Program-made: the position numbers and the translations under genes
The notes under the pieces: generated by a model
What the model was told of the DNA's origin: nothing
What the model saw: only the letters and a program-made list of their open reading frames with translations
Database searches by the model: none
NCBI GenBank assembly: GCA_049322255.1
Contig: JBMORE010000053.1
Coordinates: forward strand, 1-64,000
Origin: Myxococcota bacterium
Lineage (GTDB): Bacteria > Myxococcota > Myxococcia > Myxococcales > Myxococcaceae
Reading direction: 5' to 3'
Length of the DNA stretch: 64,000 bases
Shown: positions 57,600 through 64,000 of the stretch, piece by piece
How positions within the stretch are numbered: the stretch's first letter is position 1
Layout of the letters: each line of letters opens with the position of its first letter

Positions 57600-58172
57600 T
57601 CAGGGCACCACCACCGTGTCGCCGGGGAGAAGCCGCGCCTCGGCCGCGTCTCCTTCCGCCGACACCAGCTCGCTGTAGCGCACCGGGAAGGCCCCGCCGT
57701 CTTTCCCCGCGCGAATCACCAGCATGCCCTCACGGTCGGCGAAATCGCTGAAGCCACCGGCGAGCGTCACCGCCTGGAGCACGCTGATCGGCCCGTGGAT
57801 GGGATAGCCGCCCGGGCGCGCCACCTCCCCGGTGACGAACACCCGGGTGGAGCGCACCTCCCGCACCGTCACCGTCACCTTGGGCTCTTGCACGTAGGGC
57901 CGCAGCGCTTCCTTGATCTCCGCCGCCAGGGCCGCGGGAGTCTTCCCTTCGACCTGCAGCTCTCCCAACAGAGGCAGCGAGACGAAACCATCGGGACGCA
58001 CCCCCACGATGCGAGACAGATCGGCGTCGCGCCACACGGTGATCTCCAGCACGTCCTCGCGACCAATGCGGAACGGCTCGTCCTTCACCGGCGGCAGGGT
58101 CTTCTTTTGGGTCGCGCAGCCGACGAGCACCAGCACCGCCGCCACCCCCCCCCATGCAACGTTCCTCTTCAT
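57600..58172 (-). CDS. exoA: Short OPX (Wza-like) polysaccharide export lipoprotein, ExoA-like
   Basis: Lipobox LVGC, VRPDGFVSLPLLGE PES motif, SLBB, ends LLPGDTVVVP with no OM helix. Confidence 0.92.
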   Translation of the reverse strand: MKRNVAWGGVAAVLVLVGCATQKKTLPPVKDEPFRIGREDVLEITVWRDADLSRIVGVRPDGFVSLPLLGELQVEGKTPAALAAEIKEALRPYVQEPKVTVTVREVRSTRVFVTGEVARPGGYPIHGPISVLQAVTLAGGFSDFADREGMLVIRAGKDGGAFPVRYSELVSAEGDAAEARLLPGDTVVVP

Positions 58173-58234
58173 TCTCCCCTCCCCGGCTCGTAGCAACCCG
58201 ACGGCTGCAAAAGTCCGTTGGCGCAAAGCGCCGA

Positions 58235-58250
58235 AGCAGTTGATGTGCCA
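58235..58250 (-). promoter_or_regulatory. sigma54 -24/-12 promoter of exoA-I
   Basis: TGGCACATCAACTGCT (GG-N10-GC) ~62 nt upstream of the ATG. Confidence 0.7.
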
Positions 58251-58464
58251 GCACGTTCGACGGGCGAATGCTCCGGGTTCTGCAGGGGTCGACCGCTCAC
58301 TGGCCGACAGCGCACCCAGGGGCCAGCAGAAAGTTCATGGGGAAAAGAGTTCTCACCGTGGGTCGGACAGTGGAGCGAAAAGGTTCCACGCGTGCCATAC
58401 CCAGTGGCGCACCCTTTGTAGACGTGGGGCACGCCCTTTGTAAGGTCTTGTCGGGGGGTGCACC

Positions 58465-58677
58465 ATGGGGAAGGCGGTGGGGGCGGTGGCGGCGGCGTTC
58501 TCGTTGGGAGGCATCGTCTTCAAAGTGCTTCCCCAGGTGTGGGCAGGCGCGGCCGAGTCTGCCGCCTTGGGCATGACGGGCTTGGCGCTCCTTGCGGCAA
58601 GCTATGCGCTGGGTCGAAAACCGGGCGTCTCGACGGCCTCGACCGCGGTCGGCCGAGCGCTCAAAACCAACGGTTGA
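58465..58677 (+). CDS. Small two-helix membrane protein
   Basis: 70 aa, two hydrophobic segments, GGGGG RBS-like element. Confidence 0.55.
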   Translation: MGKAVGAVAAAFSLGGIVFKVLPQVWAGAAESAALGMTGLALLAASYALGRKPGVSTASTAVGRALKTNG

Positions 58678-58804
58678 CCTCCAAAACAGCTATACTCGGC
58701 CCGGCCGCAGGCGACTGTTTGAAAACCGCCTTTACAATCCGCACCCGCAACCCTCTTGGGGGCAGTGCGACAATACGGGGAGCCATTCATTGAGGAGCTC
58801 AGCG

Positions 58805-59440
58805 ATGGGGCGTGTCACGGCCGGTGTTGGTCCGGTCATCAGTCCGAAGCCGTATGCCACCGTCAAGGTAGCGGTGAGCTCCAACGACCCTTCGCAGAAG
58901 GCGCGAATGGTCGCCAGGAGCAACCTCTTCGTCCTTTCGGGCACAGCCTCGAACAACGGCATCGCTGCCTCGGTCCTCACCCTCACCCTCGATGGGCAGA
59001 AGGTGTCGGTGCCGCTCTCGCGTGGCTACACCCCTGCGACCACCTTCGGAGCGATCGAGCGCGCGTTACCGCCGGGCTACACGGCGCAGATGTTGACCCA
59101 AAAACGCACGGGAAAGGTCGACACCGTCACCGTGCGCATCACCAAAAACCTTTCGCCGCCGTCGACTCGGCTGGAGGTCACCTTGGCGAACGACCCTGCG
59201 CAGCGGGTGTCTTTTACCGGAGGCAACAAGCTGACCATCACCGGCACCGCCACCAGCAGCGGCATCATTCCTTCGTTCGTCAACTTGATGGTCGACGGGC
59301 AGCGGGTGGTGGTGCGGGTCAAAAGGGGCGATGGCGCGCAGACGACGGCCGAGAACATCTCCGCTGCGCTGCCCAAGAGTCACCGGGCGCAGGTGGAGAA
59401 TACCGAGGCGGGCGTGGTGATCACGATCGTGCGCGCGTAG
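58805..59440 (+). CDS. Hypothetical protein with two tandem ~95-aa domains
   Basis: GAGGAG RBS; internal repeat NDP.Q...GTA...GI......DGQ.V.V...G...TT...I..ALP....AQ. Confidence 0.75.
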   Translation: MGRVTAGVGPVISPKPYATVKVAVSSNDPSQKARMVARSNLFVLSGTASNNGIAASVLTLTLDGQKVSVPLSRGYTPATTFGAIERALPPGYTAQMLTQKRTGKVDTVTVRITKNLSPPSTRLEVTLANDPAQRVSFTGGNKLTITGTATSSGIIPSFVNLMVDGQRVVVRVKRGDGAQTTAENISAALPKSHRAQVENTEAGVVITIVRA

Positions 59441-59443
59441 CCT

Positions 59444-59872
59444 TTGATGCCCAAGCCCCGCTACTGGCTCATCAAGAGCGAGCCGGCGACCTACAGCTAC
59501 CAACAGCTGGTGAAAGAGGGACGCACCACTTGGTCCGGCATCCGCAACTACCAGGCGCGCAACCACCTGCGACAGATGCGACCGGGCGACCTCGCCCTCT
59601 ACTACCACACGGGTAAGGAGAAGGCGGTGGTGGGGGTGGCGAAGGTCGTCTCCCAGCCCGGTCCCGACCCCACCGCACCCAAAGAAGACTGGAGCGCGGT
59701 GGACATCGTGCCAAAGGCCGCCTTGGTCCAACCGGTACCGCTGGCGCAGCTCAAGAGCACTCCGGCTCTCAAACAGTTTGCCTTGCTCGAGCAGGGCCGG
59801 CTCTCGGTGGCACCGGTGAGCCCCCAGGAGCTTCAATGCATCCTCACGCTGGGCAAGACTCGGCTGCGCTAA
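59444..59872 (+). CDS. EVE domain protein
   Basis: YWLIKSEP, WSGIRNYQARN, YHTG, RLSVAPV. Confidence 0.95.
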   Translation: MMPKPRYWLIKSEPATYSYQQLVKEGRTTWSGIRNYQARNHLRQMRPGDLALYYHTGKEKAVVGVAKVVSQPGPDPTAPKEDWSAVDIVPKAALVQPVPLAQLKSTPALKQFALLEQGRLSVAPVSPQELQCILTLGKTRLR

Positions 59873-59878
59873 CTGCCG

Positions 59879-61144
59879 CTACCGCTTCATCGCGGCGGTC
59901 ACCATTTCCTCCAGGCGCTCCACCGCGTGGGCCACCACACCCATCGACGGGCCGAACGAAAAGCGCACGTAGCTCTTAAAACGCGAGGCGCGCCGGCTCC
60001 GCCTTTTCCCCGGGTTGACGTCGAAGAATTCCCCGGGGACGGTGATGACCTTCTTGTCCAGCGCAGCGCGGAAAAAGCCCATGCCGTCGTTGAGCGGCGG
60101 CGGAAGCTTTTCGACGTTGCCCCACACATAGAAGGTGCCGTCGGGCGGCCGGTCAGCGTGAATGCCCAACCGCTCGAGCCGAGCGAGCAAGAAGTCGCGC
60201 TTGTCGCGAAAGGCCTTCTGAATCGCGGTGGTCTCGGCCACCACGTGGCTCTCCTCGAAGAGGGGAATCGCCGCCCGCTGCAAGGGCTTGCTCCCGCCGC
60301 CGTCGAGGAAGGAGCCGGCGCTGGCCACCGCCTCGATGACCTGCCGGGGCCCCACCGTCCAAGTCACCCGCCAGCCGGGGTAGCGCCAGTTCTTGGTGAG
60401 CCCATCGAAGAGGACGACCGGGTCTTTGTTCACGTCCTCCACGTAGCGGGCGGCGCTCTCCAGAGGCAGCTTCCCCGGCCGGCCCGTCCACACGTAGTGG
60501 GAGTAGAATTCGTCGATGAGCAGCGCGCAGTCGAGCTCGCGGGCCAAGCTCACCCAGCGGGAGAGCTCCTCGCCCTGCACCAGCTTGCCGGTGGGGTTGC
60601 AGGGGTTGGAGAAGAGCAGCGCCGACAGCCCTCGCCCTTGCACCTCGCGGCGGAGGTCGTCGGCGGTGAAGGCGTAGCCACGTTCCCCCTCGAGGAGAAT
60701 GGGGATGGCGGTGAAGGCCTTGAAGACGTCGAGCAGCTCTTCGTACGCGGTGTAGTCGGGGAGGAAGTGGCCGAGGTTGACGTGCCCCAAGGACGCGGCG
60801 GCACGGGTGAGCGCGGCGCGGCCCCCGCCCGAGACGCTGACGTTCTCGGCCGTGTACTGGGAAGAGAGCCCCTGCCGGTAGAGCCGGTTGTAGAGCCCGG
60901 CGATCGCCTCGCGCAGCTCCCACACGCCGGCAACGGGGGCGTAGTCCTGGTCGTCGATGTCGATGGTCACCTGTTGCAGCCGCGCCGGAGCCCCAGGAAG
61001 CGCGCCCGTCTCCGGCTGGCCTTGCCCCAGGTTGCACCACGAGGGGTCTTTGGTGCTGTACCCACGCTTGGCCGCCTCGGTGGTGACGTAGATGACTCCG
61101 GTGCGGGGCACCGTCCGAAAAGCGGCGATGGGGGTCTCGCTCAC
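59879..61144 (-). CDS. PLP-dependent aminotransferase class I/II
   Basis: NLGQGQP, NPCNPTG, DEFY, GLTKNWRYPGWR. Confidence 0.92.
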   Translation of the reverse strand: MSETPIAAFRTVPRTGVIYVTTEAAKRGYSTKDPSWCNLGQGQPETGALPGAPARLQQVTIDIDDQDYAPVAGVWELREAIAGLYNRLYRQGLSSQYTAENVSVSGGGRAALTRAAASLGHVNLGHFLPDYTAYEELLDVFKAFTAIPILLEGERGYAFTADDLRREVQGRGLSALLFSNPCNPTGKLVQGEELSRWVSLARELDCALLIDEFYSHYVWTGRPGKLPLESAARYVEDVNKDPVVLFDGLTKNWRYPGWRVTWTVGPRQVIEAVASAGSFLDGGGSKPLQRAAIPLFEESHVVAETTAIQKAFRDKRDFLLARLERLGIHADRPPDGTFYVWGNVEKLPPPLNDGMGFFRAALDKKVITVPGEFFDVNPGKRRSRRASRFKSYVRFSFGPSMGVVAHAVERLEEMVTAAMKR

Positions 61145-61192
61145 CCGCCCGCTCTTAGCACGGGCCTCGCTGCCGACGCGAAGGTACGCCGG

Positions 61193-62737
<1,545 letters not shown>

Positions 62738-62877
62738 CCCCTGCCTCCGTCCTCGTAAACCTTTCCGCTTCGACCACACCCGCGCCGCAAATTACAGGCC
62801 TTACCTTGCGAGAGCGGACGCACCCCTCCGTCCTGGAGCCCCCTTGGCCCGTTCGCTACTCATCGCCGCGGGGAAAC

Positions 62878-62893
62878 AGCAACCGACGTGCCA
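62878..62893 (-). promoter_or_regulatory. sigma54 -24/-12 promoter upstream of the actB-like gene
   Basis: TGGCACGTCGGTTGCT, perfect consensus match. Confidence 0.85.
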
Positions 62894-63127
62894 TCACCGG
62901 CGCAACCGCGCCTCGAGCGCTTCGGCATCGACCCGATGCTTGAAAGCCTTGCGCCCGTCGACGAACACCACGGGGATGTCGTACTTGAACGCTTCGTACA
63001 GCACCGGGTCGCTCTCGATGTCGATTTCGCGCAGCCGAAACGGCACTCGCCGCTGCACCTTTTCCAAAACCTCCTTGGCTTCATCGCACAAGGGGCAGTT
63101 GGGTTTGGAGTAGATCTCCACGTCCAT
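62894..63127 (-). CDS. Glutaredoxin-like protein (DUF836)
   Basis: YSKPNCPLCDEAK, YDIPVVFVDG. Confidence 0.9.
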   Translation of the reverse strand: MDVEIYSKPNCPLCDEAKEVLEKVQRRVPFRLREIDIESDPVLYEAFKYDIPVVFVDGRKAFKHRVDAEALEARLRR

Positions 63128-63147
63128 GCGGAGGAGGATTCTGGCCG

Positions 63148-64000
63148 ATGCAAGGCCTCTTTGGCGACTTCTCCACCATGCCCCTCAAGGACTTGGTGGT
63201 CTACCTAGGCAACAAGAAAGCGAGCGGCAGGCTGCGGCTCGAGCTGGGCGAGATGCGCAAGGAGGTGCTGCTCAAGGACGGGGCGATCATCAGCGCCAGC
63301 TCCAACGAGCCCCGCGAGTTTCTCGGGCAGTTCCTCATCAACATGGGCTACATCACCGAGGACCAGTTCCACCGCGCCTACCAGACGCAGAAGGAGACGA
63401 AAGTCTTCTTGGGAAAGATTCTGGTGATGATCGGCCTGGTATCGGAGGCGACGGTGCTCAACGCGCTCTCCCTCAAGATGCGGGAGACGCTCCTGAGTGC
63501 CTTCATTTGGCCAAAAGGAACCTTCCACTTCGACGCCGCCGAGGTGGCCGATCCGCCCGAAGGAGTGGAGCTGACCATCGAGCTGCTCGACGTGCACCGC
63601 GAAGCCGAGTTCCGCGAGACGGCCTGGCAGGCGATCCGCGCTGCTTTCCCCTCCGGAAACGTGCAGCTGGAAGTGGAGGAAGCCAACTTTCCCGAGCCGC
63701 CGGCCCCGGGCAGTCTCGACCACCGTCTGGTGACCCTCATCCGCTCCGGGCACACCATCGACGACATCATCCTCGCGCTGCATGCGACCGATTTTTTCCT
63801 CTACCAGCGGCTGTACGCGCTCTACCGGCTCGAAGCGGTGCGGGTCGCCGACAGCGTCGAGGTGGAGCTCGACGAGGAGCCGCCGGAAGAGAGCCCCGTC
63901 TCGGAAGAGCCCTCGTCCTTGGCGGACCTTCTCCAGGCGGCTGAACGCTTCCTTGCCGCCGGAGCCTACGACGACGCCGAGCCGCTGGCGCGCAAGGCGC
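63148..64000 (+). CDS. DUF4388 (PATAN-like) domain protein, partial, runs off the window end
   Basis: Manual translation MQGLFGDFSTMPLKDLVVYLGNKKASGRL...LGQFL...WPKGTFHF; GGAGGAGG RBS; not in the ORF track. Confidence 0.85.
   Translation, partial: MQGLFGDFSTMPLKDLVVYLGNKKASGRLRLELGEMRKEVLLKDGAIISASSNEPREFLGQFLINMGYITEDQFHRAYQTQKETKVFLGKILVMIGLVSEATVLNALSLKMRETLLSAFIWPKGTFHFDAAEVADPPEGVELTIELLDVHREAEFRETAWQAIRAAFPSGNVQLEVEEANFPEPPAPGSLDHRLVTLIRSGHTIDDIILALHATDFFLYQRLYALYRLEAVRVADSVEVELDEEPPEESPVSEEPSSLADLLQAAERFLAAGAYDDAEPLARKA

Noticed and set aside
58381..58396. Additional minus-strand sigma54 site (TGGCACGCGTGGAACC)
   Set aside because: Lacks the -12 GC.
63126..63944. 272-aa ORF from the track
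   Set aside because: Wrong frame; the frame from 63148 encodes a recognisable DUF4388 protein.

Overview
High-GC chromosomal window, most likely from a Myxococcales myxobacterium. The assignment is inferred from an exo-type spore-coat polysaccharide locus, an ActB-like sigma54 activator and a Myxococcus-type LexA box. The first ~8 kb is an accessory region. It starts with the right end of an IS3-family element that truncates a PIN toxin gene. It also holds three minus-strand toxin-antitoxin operons (two diverged RHH-PIN copies 7150 bp apart, plus BrnT/BrnA), a tRNA 3'-end fragment with a terminator, four tandem 11-bp arm-like motifs, and a LexA-boxed imuA-imuB-dnaE2 cassette. The remainder is mostly core-like. 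It includes plsB, a beta-barrel + 13-heme cytochrome + Ig-lipoprotein + TlpA operon (candidate porin-cytochrome conduit), an S8 protease, rlmI, corA (GQN variant), a BoxD/PaaZ-like ALDH, and two lipoproteins with CX3CH heme-like motifs. Further on are thiS-thiG-thiE, a DUF4129/DUF4350 cluster, exoL/M/O/P-like genes, a complete ccmA-I operon, exoA-I-like genes, an EVE protein, an aminotransferase, an actB-like gene with a degenerate receiver, and a partial DUF4388 gene. Three sigma54 -24/-12 elements precede exoL, exoA and actB. No CRISPR array, rRNA or complete tRNA was seen. All family calls come from motif recognition by eye; no searches were run, and start codons are best guesses.
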